A DNA stretch of 64,000 nt from Anolis carolinensis. Its lineage: Eukaryota. The DNA is taken from contig NC_085846.1 of the NCBI RefSeq assembly GCF_035594765.1, positions 14,805,190-14,869,189 on the forward strand. The letters are read 5' to 3'. Shown piece after piece: positions 47,301 through 58,497 of this stretch. Each line of letters opens with the position of its first letter. Positions within the stretch are counted from its first letter, which is position 1. Below the pieces are notes generated by a model that saw only the letters and a program-made list of their open reading frames with translations, had not been told where the DNA came from and ran no database searches. The translations under genes were made by a program, and so were the position numbers.

Positions 47301-48176
47301 TTACCACCAGCATTAGAAGCAACATACCTCTCAATACCAGTTTCAGGGGAACACAAGCAGGAAGGATGCCCTACTTGCAGAATTCCCCATGTGCAACTGG
47401 TTGCCACTTGTAGGTGTGACTGGCTTGTGCTCTCCCACCTGCCAAGCTATATATGCTCCTGTTCAATACTCCTCCCAAACATTCACATTTCCAAATTTCA
47501 TACATTTTTACACTATTATGTCTTCAGTCAAAAACTTTATCCTTGGGTGGAAGGTGATGAAAATTGGAGCTAGGGCTCTTTAGTAAACAACGGAAGTGTC
47601 AAGGATGAGAAAACAGAAGCTGATAGATAGGATTCCTGGGTTTTCTAGAAATAAGTTGGGAACTAATTCTGTACAGCTATGAAATGTAAGAACGCAGGTC
47701 ATTTTAAGCAAGATCCTAAGAAGAAGTCAAGTTTAATACTACAACTCCCATCATCCCAGAGTTAGCATGGTTAGGGGATTTTGGGAGCTATAGTGGTTGG
47801 GTTTTTTAAAAAAAATCCTATCAAAAGTGACTGGAGAACTTACTGCAAGTCGCCTCCGGTGTGAGAGAATTGGCTGTATACAGAGACATTGTCCAGGGGA
47901 CACCTAGATGTGTTACCACCCTGTGGGAGGCTTTTCTCATGTCCTCGTAAGCTAGAGCTGACAGCTGGGAGATCACCCCATCTTTTGGATTCCAACCAGG
48001 TCAGCATCACCCCTTAGGTCAGCAGTCCAGCCAGCACAAGGGTTTAACCCATTGCACCACTGCGGTTGGGTGAGACTATTTGTGCTGTGATCTCCCGCTA
48101 ATATAAATGTTAGCCTAATTCCGTCTTCCAAAGAGTACTCATATAAGGTTATCTCTATTGTCTTCCACTCTCCCAG

Positions 48177-48288
48177 GCGATATTCAAGATGATTCCTCCC
48201 GAGGAACAGAAGACTTTGCCAGAGGATGAAAACACTCCTCAGAAACGGGCTGACAAGCTGTGGGCATATTTTAATAAGGGAGAAACCG
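48177..48288 (+). CDS. Visinin coding exon 2 (AIFKMIPPEEQKTLPEDENTPQKRADKLWAYFNKGET)
   Basis: 112-nt exon, CCCAG|GCG and ACCG|GTAAG. Confidence 0.95.
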
Positions 48289-49412
48289 GTAAGTCCACCT
48301 ACAGTGTCCCTCAATGTTCTGCTCTCTACAAAAGAGAAAAACCTGGATGCAGCCCAACTGTTGCCACCCTTGGTTGGCATTAAGAATTGAACAGGCCTAC
48401 TTTTAATATTTTATTCATTGGAAGCATTTAAGGATCATCCGTCAAACCGCCACGATATATGACAGAATACCTCTTAGAATTAAAAGGTGGCGAGTTCTGT
48501 TGGGCTTGGAAGCTGGCCTGTTTTTGTATTTATTGCCCTGATCAAGACAACTTTATACCCACAGGTTGAGAACCACTGGCATAGATGTAAGTCAACTTAG
48601 AAAGACGTGTGTTGACTGATATCTCCTAGTGTATTGTTTGGAGATAAGGCAGCTGAAAGCATCTGGCGAGTACTTACTTTGGAGGTTACAATCCTAGATG
48701 CCTTCGTCCTACAACTCCCATCAGTCTTAAGTTATCATCACCAAGGGAGAGAACTGCATCCCACAAAACATCTGGAGAGCCACCCATTGTTTGCTATACA
48801 CACTTCAATGAGAGTAAGCCTCACTGAATTCAATGGGCAGGTTAAGAAGCAGCCAGTTGGCATCAATCTCTGCCAAATTGACTGTAGGCATAATTTGTGC
48901 TGTTAAGCAGGCTGAAAGGAATGATATGCAGAATGACCGATTAGCGGTAGTTAATATTCTGTCGGTAGAGTTTATGTATGTTTAATTTATAAGGTTTATA
49001 TTTGATTTTTCCACTCCGGGACTCATGTATAATGTATTTTCCTTTCTTGGCAGCTTTATTCCCCAAGGTCAATACAAAATAAATGGCTGCTATGATTTCA
49101 GAGTGCTCCAATATTGCTTTACCTGGCCTCTCAGAATCAAAGGGTGGGGGAGAAGATGCCTCGTGCTTCCTGATAAAACTTAAAATTGGTTTGTTAGATG
49201 TTTTGCAGGGTAGCTTCTCCACGAAATATCCAAGTAACTTCAGCACAAATCCATATAGTCACAGATGCACATCCACTCAAGTTGGATATGTATAAATTAT
49301 CCTAGCTTCTGGCACGTTTTCTATGAGAGCCCAGGCACTTTTCCAGGATTTGTTTGTTGTTCTTGTGTGCTTTCAAGTCACTTCTAACATATGAAGACTC
49401 TGAGGTGAACCT

Positions 49413-49732
49413 GGGGCCCTTGGTGGCACAGTGTTAAAGCGCCGACCTTGCGGACCAAAAGGTCTCAGGTTCAAATCCTGGGAGCGGACTGAGCGCCCGC
49501 TGTTAGCCCCAGCTCCTGCCAACCTAGCAGTTTTAAAACATGCCAATGTGAGTACATCAATAGGTACCGCTCCGGCGGGAAGGTAAGGCGCTGCATGCAG
49601 TCATGCCAGCCACATGAACTTGGAGGTGTCTATGGACAATGCCGGCTCTTCGGCTTAGAAATGGAGATGAGCACCAACCCCCAGAGTCGGTCACGACTAG
49701 ACTTAATGTCAGGGGAAACATTTACCTTTTAC
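49413..49732 (+). mobile_element. Sauria SINE
   Basis: Same family as 6369-6702. Confidence 0.9.
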
Positions 49733-49825
49733 TAAGGTGAACCTATTAGAGTTTATATTGCAAAACTAGTTTGCCTTTGCCTTCCTCTGAGGCTGAAAGA
49801 GTATGACTTTCATACTCTTTTTGTC

Positions 49826-51060
49826 TGATCTGATCTCTTTTTTCGATAGAGTTACGAGTTGGGTCGATACAGGGAATGCTGTGGATGTAGCGTACCTGGA
49901 TTTCAGTAAGGCCTTCGACAAAGTCCCCCACGACCTGCTGGCAAACAAACTAGTAAAATGTGGGCTAGACAAAACTACGGTTAGGTGGATCTGTAATTGG
50001 CTAAGCGAACGAACCCAAAGGGTGCTCACCAATGCGTCGTCTTCATCATGGAAAGAAGTGACAAGTGGAGTGCCGCAGGGCTCCGTCCTGGGCCCGGTTC
50101 TGTTCAACATCTTTATTAACGACTTAGACGAAGGGTTAGAAGGCACGATCATCAAGTTTGCAGACGACACAAAACTGGGAGGGATAGCTAACACTCCAGA
50201 AGACAGGAGCAGAATTCAAAACGATCTTGACAGAGTAGAGAGATGGGCCAAAACTAACAAAATGAAGTTCAACAGGGACAAATGCAAGATACTTCACTTC
50301 GGCAGAAAAAATGGAAATCAAAGATACAGAATGGGGGACGCCTGGCTTGACAGCAGTGTGTGCGAAAAAGACCTTGGAGTCCTCGTGGACAACAAGTTAA
50401 ACATGAGCCAACAATGTGATGCGGCTGCTAAAAAAAGCCAATGGGATTCTGGCCTGCATCAATAGGGGAATAGCGTCTAGATCCAGGGAAGTTATGCTCC
50501 CCCTCTATTCTGCCTTGGTCAGACCACACCTGGAATACTGTGTCCAATTTTGGGCACCACAGTTGAAGGGAGATGTTGACAAGCTGGAAAGCGTCCAGAG
50601 GAGGGCGACTAAAATGATTAAGGGTCTGGAGAACAAGCCCTATGAGGAGCGGCTTAAAGAGCTGGGCATGTTTAGCCTGCAGAAGAGAAGGCTGAGAGGA
50701 GACATGATAGCCATGTACAAATATGTGAAGGGAAGTCATAGGGAAGAGGGAGCAAGCTTGTTTTCTGCTGCCCTGCAGACTAGGACACGGAACAATGGCT
50801 TCAAACTACAGGAAAGGAGATTCCACCTGAACATCAGGAAGAACTTCCTCACTGTGAGAGCTGTTCGACAGTGGAACTCTCTCCCCGGGGCCGTGGTGGA
50901 GGCTCCTTCCTTGGAGGCTTTTAAGCAGAGGCTGGATGGCCATCTGTCGGGGGTGCTTTGAATGCGATTTCCTGCTTCTTAGCAGGGGGTTGGACTAGAT
51001 GGCCCATGTGGTCTCTTCCAACTCTACTATTCTATGATTCTATGATTCTATGATTCTATG
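49826..51060 (+). mobile_element. 5'-truncated young CR1 LINE (RT domain, one frameshift in the A-run at ~50430)
   Basis: YLDFSKAFD, GVPQGSVLGP and KFADD motifs; (ATTCTATG)n tail; TATGACTT at both junctions. Confidence 0.95.
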
Positions 51061-51754
51061 ACTTGTCCAAGGTCACCAAGTAGGTTTACATGGTCAAGGT
51101 TGCAAACCACTTTTAGGTGCCATCATTTCTTTTCTTCTTCTCATCTCAAAATAGTCATGAGTTTTGAGCAAAGGCACTGTTCTGGTATCCTCAAAGTTCA
51201 TGCTGATGTACAATTTCCCCTTCCATAGAGAAATGGTCATGAAATAATTCATCAGAAGACAGTATATATTCTGCAGACACTTGCAATCCACATATTGTTA
51301 AAGAGGTCGAAACCTGAGCATTTGGTTTGGTGAAGAGTTCTGTGACGTTCGAAAAGTTGCCTATTTACTTTTAATTTTTGTGTGTGTGCGTGTCAGGAGT
51401 GACTTGAGATACTGCAAGTCGCTTCTGGTGTGAGAGAATTGGCCATCTGCAAAGACGTTGCCTAGGGGATGCCCGGAGATTTTGATGTTTTTACTATCCT
51501 TGTGGGAGCTTATCTGCGCTCTCCCTGGGTTGGATTTGAAATGACAACCTTCAGGTCAGCAACCCAACCTTCAAGTCATCAGTCCTGCCGGCACATGGGT
51601 TTAATCCACTGCGCTACCAGGGGCAACTTTTAAGTTGGTCTGCTTAGAAAGAGAGTAGTACCTAGATATAGTTCTTGCGTACCAGCACAATATTGAAACG
51701 AATAGTAATAATAAGTCAGTGGGGCCATCATGAAGACAATAACCAAACAACAAA

Positions 51755-52027
51755 TGGATTCCCCAGGCAGGAAGCAGCCAGGCTTTGAAGCTGCCAGGCT
51801 ATTCAATGCTAATCAAGCTGGCCAATTGCAACATTCACACTTGTCTCCAACAGACAAGAGTTCTTTCTCAAACCCTGGACATTACTCCACAGATATATAA
51901 ACCTCACTTGCCTAGTTTCTAACACACCTCACAACATCTGAGGATGCCTGCCATAGATGTGGGAAAAACGTCAGGAGAGAATGCTTCTGGAATGTGGTCA
52001 TACAGCCCGGAAAACTCACAGCAACCC
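51755..52027 (+). mobile_element. Degenerate Penelope pLTR with inactivated hammerhead (~51935-51975)
   Basis: GGGC-GAAAC changed to GGGA-AAAAC. Confidence 0.8.
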
Positions 52028-52167
52028 AACAGATGGATTATTATATAAGTGTCCTAAGCATACAATTAATGTATCAAGGAAAGGCATAAATTCCCTTCTC
52101 CTTATGCTTCTCTTGTACTTTATTGAATAAGTACGAATCCATGTTTTCTTTTTTTCTTTTCCAACAG

Positions 52168-52256
52168 ATAAACTTGCTGAAAAGGAGTTTATTGAAGGAG
52201 TGACGAAGAACGATGCAATAATGAGACTCATCCAATATGAGCCCAAGAAAAAATAG
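52168..52256 (+). CDS. Visinin coding exon 3 (DKLAEKEFIEGVTKNDAIMRLIQYEPKKK*); total CDS 582 nt = 193 aa
   Basis: Strong acceptor TTTTCCAACAG|AT, TAG stop; AATAAA at 52286-52291 and 53440-53445. Confidence 0.95.
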
Positions 52257-53644
52257 GAGCTTTTGGTATTAATTGTTAGGGGGGAAATAAAAGTGTGGGT
52301 GTAAAAATCAGAGCTTGGAAAAGTTACTTTTGGGGGACTACAACTCCCAGAATCCCCAGCCCACATGGCCAGAGGCTATGCTCTAGAAATTCTAGAAATT
52401 ATAGCTTTTTGGGGAAAAAATACTGTTTCCAAGCTCTGATAGAAGCGTATGTTTGTATGCATGATGCAAAGTAAGGCAGAATATTGTAATACCCTGTGTG
52501 TGTGTGTGTGTATGAGTATATGTGTGAGAGAAATAATATAAATAGAAGTTGGGGGGAAATTTGTGCACACTCATGGAAAAAGTACGACTATAAACACAAC
52601 TGTGTATACCCTTTACTGTACAAACCCAACTCTTGTTAGCGATAGCCACCCTTTTTCTGTTTCTGCCCTTTTAATTTTGCATTATTTTTTTCAATGGAAG
52701 GTCAGCCCCACGGCCATTAAAAAAATGCTCACTTGAGCGAACCTATTTGGGGGCAGGGGGAAGAAAGGTGGAGGTATGAAAAACAGTTAAGAAACAAGGA
52801 AAATATTATTATTGCTATTATTATTATTATTATTATTGTTGTTGTTGTTATTTAAGTTGCAAAAAACAAGACACACATAAAGGAGGTAAGAGTCAGTGGA
52901 CTTGGATCCAGGAGACTAGTCGTGAGGCTCGCCAGAAGACAAGCTCTCAAGTCCTTTTGTTATGATCCCATTTTAATTGCCAGGCTTCTATCCAAGTGTT
53001 TTGGACTTCAACTCCCACCATTCCTAACAGCCTCAGGCCCCTTCCTTTTCCCCCTCAGCCGCTTAAGCGGCTGAGGGGGAAAAGGAAAGGGCCTGAGGCT
53101 GTTAGGAATGGTGGGAGTTGAAGTCCAAAACACCTGGAGGCCCAAAGGTTGGGAAACACTGTCCTAGACCTTTCCTAAGACACTGCTTGAAGATGTATTG
53201 TACTTCGGTTGTTTTGGACAGTGAGGGTCAGCAAGCTAGCTAACAGAACTATAGAGCCGATGTAATTCTTCCTAAATGTGGATTTTAATGTCCGTCGTCG
53301 TTTTCCTTCCTCTATCACGCTAGCGGTGTTTCTTGTTTCTGTAAGAAAAACAGGGTTACTTACTTCTAGGGAGGGGTCGGCCAGGGTTAATATCCTAAAG
53401 AGGAGCGTGTTTAAGTTTCTGTTACCCTGTCTGTTTTTCAATAAAGGGCATTGTGTGTATCAGACTTGGCACCGAGGAGTATATTCCAACAAAAAAAGGA
53501 GGTAGCTTTATATCAACGCATTACAAAGAAACATTTCAGAATATGGGAATATCCCAACCAAGTTCACCTCCATCATGAGCTACATGATTCTAAGAGGCCA
53601 ACATATTGCCATTGATCTTGTGAGATGGTTCTATGATACAGATA

Positions 53645-53963
53645 CAGTAGAGTCTCACTTATCCAATACTCGATTATCCAAGGTTCTGGATTATCCAATG
53701 CATTTTTGTAGTCAATGTTTTCAAAATATCGGGATATTTAGGTGCTAAATTCGTAACTATAGTAATTACAACATAATATTACTGTGTATTGAACTACCTT
53801 TTCTGTCAAATTTGTTGTATAACATGTTTTGGTGCTTAATTTGTAAAATCGTAACCTAATTTGATGTTTAATAGGTTTTCCTTAATCCCTCCTTGTTATC
53901 CAAGATATTCGCTTATCCAAGGTTCTGCCAGCCCTTTTAGCTTGGATAAGTGAGATGCTACTG
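53645..53963. mobile_element. Tc1/mariner-type MITE
   Basis: Same TIR family as 7084-7406, TA TSD. Confidence 0.85.
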
Positions 53964-55810
53964 TACTTTTTTTCAACATTCTCACTTTAAAAGAATAGGG
54001 GAATTTACTACAAACCAGAGTGGAACCAAGTCCACTGGACACACACTTCCATATTAGAAGCTTGTCTCCCCAGTTATGATGATTGGCAATCTTCTTTCTT
54101 TTTGTTATAAAAAGGTGTTCTTAAGCAACTACTGTGGAAGACAAAGCCATTTGTCAGAACATAGTGGCTACATAATGGCTAGAATACTGTCCGCAAACTA
54201 CACTCATAGTTGTCATTTTCCCAGTTGCAGTGACTGCAACAAAGGCATTTTTGCTCCCCCCCTCCCCCCCCTCCAAGGGGCCATCTTGTCTCTTGATGTG
54301 TCCAAAGAATGAAGGCCTCCATTTAGTCATTGGTTCCAATGAGATCCCATCATAGCATGTTCAAGATAAAAGGCTTTGGAACTGGTTCAGCACTGCTTAC
54401 TTCTACTACACCAACCTGTGGGTTCCCAGGTGTTTTGGCCTACAGCTCCCAGAAATCCCAGCCAGTTTACCATCTGTTAGGATTTCTGGGAGTTGAAGGC
54501 CAAAACATCTGGGAACCCACAGGTTGAGAACCACTGTGCTACACAGTGCTTGCTCCATAAGGGTTATCTATCTATGGTACCATTGTAATAACCTCCAAAG
54601 ACACACACATACCCCACCACTGCAGTTGCTCAGTAGATCCTTGACACATTTAGTCATGTTATCCAGCAAAAACCTGGTCAGCATGGGAGACGGTGCCATC
54701 AGCAGTGTGGTACATGCATGTGCCTATGGTGACCCTATGGATTTCATAGGGTTTTCTTAGGTAAAACATCCTCAGAGGTGGTTTGGTCATTCCTTCCTCT
54801 GAAATAGAGCCAACAGCACTGGCATCATGTACTGACCCTGTCCAGCTTCCAAAAACAGATTAGATCAGGTATACTCTTTTGGGTCTAGTTCAGTGGTTTG
54901 TAACCTGTGGATCCCCAGATGTTTTGGCCTTCAACTCCCATCATCCTAACAACTGGTAAACTAGCTGGGATTTCTGGGAGTTGTAGGCCAAAACACCTGG
55001 GGACCCACAGGTTGAGAACCACTGGTCTAGTTACTACCAGCACCATGACTCCTGTCTTCACTGACCATCCCAAGGAATAGAAGCACCAGTTCTTTAGCCC
55101 TATTCCCTCATTTTCAGAGAAAGTTAGAGCCTTAGAATGTAGTCTCCCCTGATTTTTTAAACTTGTACTTACAAGCCACCTATCCCAACAGTTTTCTGGG
55201 TTGCCAACAGCTAGCAAATAGCAGGCAAAGTTTTTCTGAGCTGGACTAGTTCAGAAACAGAAGGGGAAAAGTCATATAAATTCTCTCTGTGTCTGTCTCA
55301 GCCCTAATGATTTAACAAGTTGGATGAAACTCACTATCACCCAACCTGTTGAATTTCTATCTTATCCAACCTTTCATGGCACATAAACACAGCATCAGTC
55401 TTGGCTTGGCAAATTCAGGACCGAGGCCCATCTTCTAACCCAATTTTGAAGCGTTATGATTGGGAGGATGGGAAGGGAAGAGGAAGGGGGCATTATATAA
55501 CCAGTCTCTTTCCCTCTTTCTTTGTGGAGTTTTAACCACAAGCCTGTTAGTGTTGATCCGCACTAATCCCCATGTGGAGAGGATGCTGTAAATATGGTTG
55601 TAAGGAGCTTGTGGTAATCAGCCGGGGACGCTGGAACAAGGTTAAGGGGGGAGGCTTAGCTCCCCGCCTTCCAGCTCTGAAGTGCTGCTCCTCAGCCTCG
55701 CTCCCTTCACCTTTGTATATCTGGTGAAATGAATGAAAAAGAAGCAAAGGCACCACAACGCAAAGATTGCCATCAGACCTGCACAACACTTCTTGCAGCA
55801 GAGAGGAACA

Positions 55811-55828
55811 GATGCCCCCTGGTGGAAA
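55811..55828 (-). promoter_or_regulatory. Candidate CTCF site (reverse)
   Basis: Minus strand TTTCCACCAGGGGGCATC, close to the consensus core. Confidence 0.6.
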
Positions 55829-58479
55829 GAGGAGGAAATTACAACAAAGAGCCCTGTGGCCTGGAAGAGGGGGAATGGGACGACAAGGCTCAAATATTCA
55901 GGGGGACTCCATATACACAGATTCTGTATCCATGGAGCTAACGAGCCATAACTTGAAGATTTTTTAAAATAATACTAAAAGCAAATCTTGATTGTGCCAT
56001 TTTATATAAGGGACCACCATTTTACTATGCCATCGTATATAACGGGATTTGAGTGTTCATGGTGGCCCTGGAACCAAACCCCAACAGGTATCAAGGTCTC
56101 ACTGTGGTTCCAACTCATACCAATCTACACAAAAAGGAGTCAATCTCAGATCGGATTACACTTCTAAAAGGTACATTTTGCTCATGCTCCCAAACACATC
56201 CAACATACAGTTGTCAGTTCTAGATCACACCAGACCATAAGATTTCCAGACCAAAACTTGAGATCAAGGGGCAGCCTCCAGTGATATCACAGTGTTATGA
56301 ATTAAGAATCAACACACACAGAGAACATATTTTCCCTCGGGAAATGGAGACAGAAATATTAACTAAAGAGACTATCCCCAGATTCCGTCTCAATGATTTA
56401 GTGATATGGGAGACAGAACAATTTACAAAGCAGGACGGGAATCCTGGCACTACAAAGATTGGGAAAGAAAAGAGGAAGCTAAGTAAGTAACTGAATAAAC
56501 CAACTGGAAATCTGTACATTGCAGTCACAAATGAATCAAGCCTTACAATTTTAGCAAACTTGTTCTCTACCAGTTGGAAGTTTGCACATTGCCTTTTTCT
56601 CTTAAGTAGAACCTCCCACTGCAACAAATTCTGGAGAACGTGCACCCGCATCATCTCCCATGCAAAAATTGGAGACCTAGGAGATCAGGCAATCCTGACC
56701 CCAGGGCTGAGATATGGTCCCTAAGCTGCAGATAATAATCCTATACATTGAATGGTTGTGGAGGAGGAATTTCAGCAGGTGTTGCTTGCCACGCAACTAG
56801 CAAAAGATGCTGACATTTCTCCTTCTGCACAACTATTCAAATTAAAGGAGTATTCTCAACATTTCAATAGAATCATTCCATTTAAAGCATCCCTCTTCTT
56901 TTCACTCTGGCATCCCTTCATTGCTAATAGGTCAAATCACAATACAGTGAAGTCTCAGAAAATAAAGGTGAGAAGAGAGATTCCAAATTCAAATTTCAGG
57001 TTCTTCTGGAAGAGGAGAAATGGGAAGAGAAAACTTAGCACAGGGAAGTTCAGTTTCCTGTCTATTCTGGTTCTCAACCTGTGTGTCCCCAGGTGTCTTG
57101 GCCTACAACTCCCAGAAATCCCAGCCAGTTTACCAGCTGTTAGGATTTCTGGGAGTTGAAGGCCAAAACATCTGGGGACCCACAGGTTGAGGACCACCAA
57201 CACTCAAACCACTACACCATGATGCTTCTCCTATTAGTTCCACACTAAAGGCCCTTGAAGTACAGTTTAGAGCTTAGACTTTCAATAGCTTTGATTTACC
57301 TGATGCAAAATCCATTACTACAGTATGTTGTATAGGACTGCTGGGAATTGTAGGACAAAACATTCTGTTCCCATCCAAACAAGCTTGAGAAGCTAGTGGG
57401 GCAATGTGGTTTTTAAGGTTTGCAGTCTGGGATATTCCTGCATTCAGCCCTAAGCCTGGAGTGAGGAGCAGGAAAGCATTTGCACAGTTAATGCCACTAG
57501 GCCAGTCCCATCCAATCCTGGAGGAGTCAGATCAGGCCAAGATAACACATACCTTGCTTACATCCTGTTTACAATGCGCTCTATGTTGGCTTGTCTTTGA
57601 AAAGTGCTCAGAAACTTTGATTGGTCAAAAGAACTGCAGCCAGTTTGGTAACTATGGAGCATGCATTTCTCTTGTAGTAACAGCTATGCTGGCTGCCAAT
57701 CCATTTCTGGACATAAAGTAATGACCTACGAGGCCCTACATGGTTAGGATTCTGGCTATTTAGAGAGCCGTATTTCCTTTTTTGGGGTCTGTTAAAGCAT
57801 TCAAGAACTTCTGGAGATGCTCTCCTCTTTGTCCTACCACATTTTCAGGCTCCTTTGGTAGGAAGAAGGGAGAGAACCTTCTTGGTAGTTGGTCCTAGAC
57901 TGAAACTCCTTCTCTAGGGAGGCCATCCTTGCTCTCCTGTCAGCAAGTCAAGGCATGTTTTTGGAATCAGACTTGTAGAATTTGCCTTTCAGTGTTTTGT
58001 AGTGCTGTTTTATGGCTTGAATATTGACAATAAATTTTAATATTTTAACAGCACATATTTATGCTTCTATTGAAGCTTTTGTATTGTTAGTTGCCTTGAG
58101 TTCCTTTACTGGAGCTCCCGGTGGAGCAATGGGTTAAACCCTTGTGCTAGCAGGACCGCTGACCAAAACATTGGCAGTTCAAATCCGGGGAGTGGGGTGA
58201 GCTCCCCTTTGTAAGCTCCAGCTTCCCATATGGGGACATGAGGGAAGGCTCCCATAGGATAGTAAAAGATCCAGGCGTCACCTGGGCAACATCTTTGCCG
58301 GCGGCCAATTCTTAAGTCACTCCTAACACGAAAAAAGGTTCAATTATCAAGAAAGACAGGATTAAATGAATAAACTAACATCAGTAGGCCATAAGGTCCC
58401 TGCCCCCTGCTGTTGAATTATATTTTATCATTGCAAAGTATGGGGTGTAAAATGAATTGTAAAGAATAAGAAAGAGCAG

Positions 58480-58497
58480 TGCTACCATCTGCTGGCA
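58480..58497 (-). promoter_or_regulatory. Candidate CTCF site (reverse)
   Basis: Minus strand TGCCAGCAGATGGTAGCA. Confidence 0.5.

Noticed and set aside
40517-52256. Assigning the symbol RCVRN or VSNL1
   Set aside because: Diagnostic residues and the C-terminus (NDAIMRLIQYEPKK) fit visinin, a separate paralogue, so the symbol is left blank.
3620-57203. Many short ORFs containing WPSRCFGLQLP, MPAIDVGETSGEN or SSPFLSRRA peptides
   Set aside because: They are translations of MITEs, Penelope pLTRs and Sauria SINEs.
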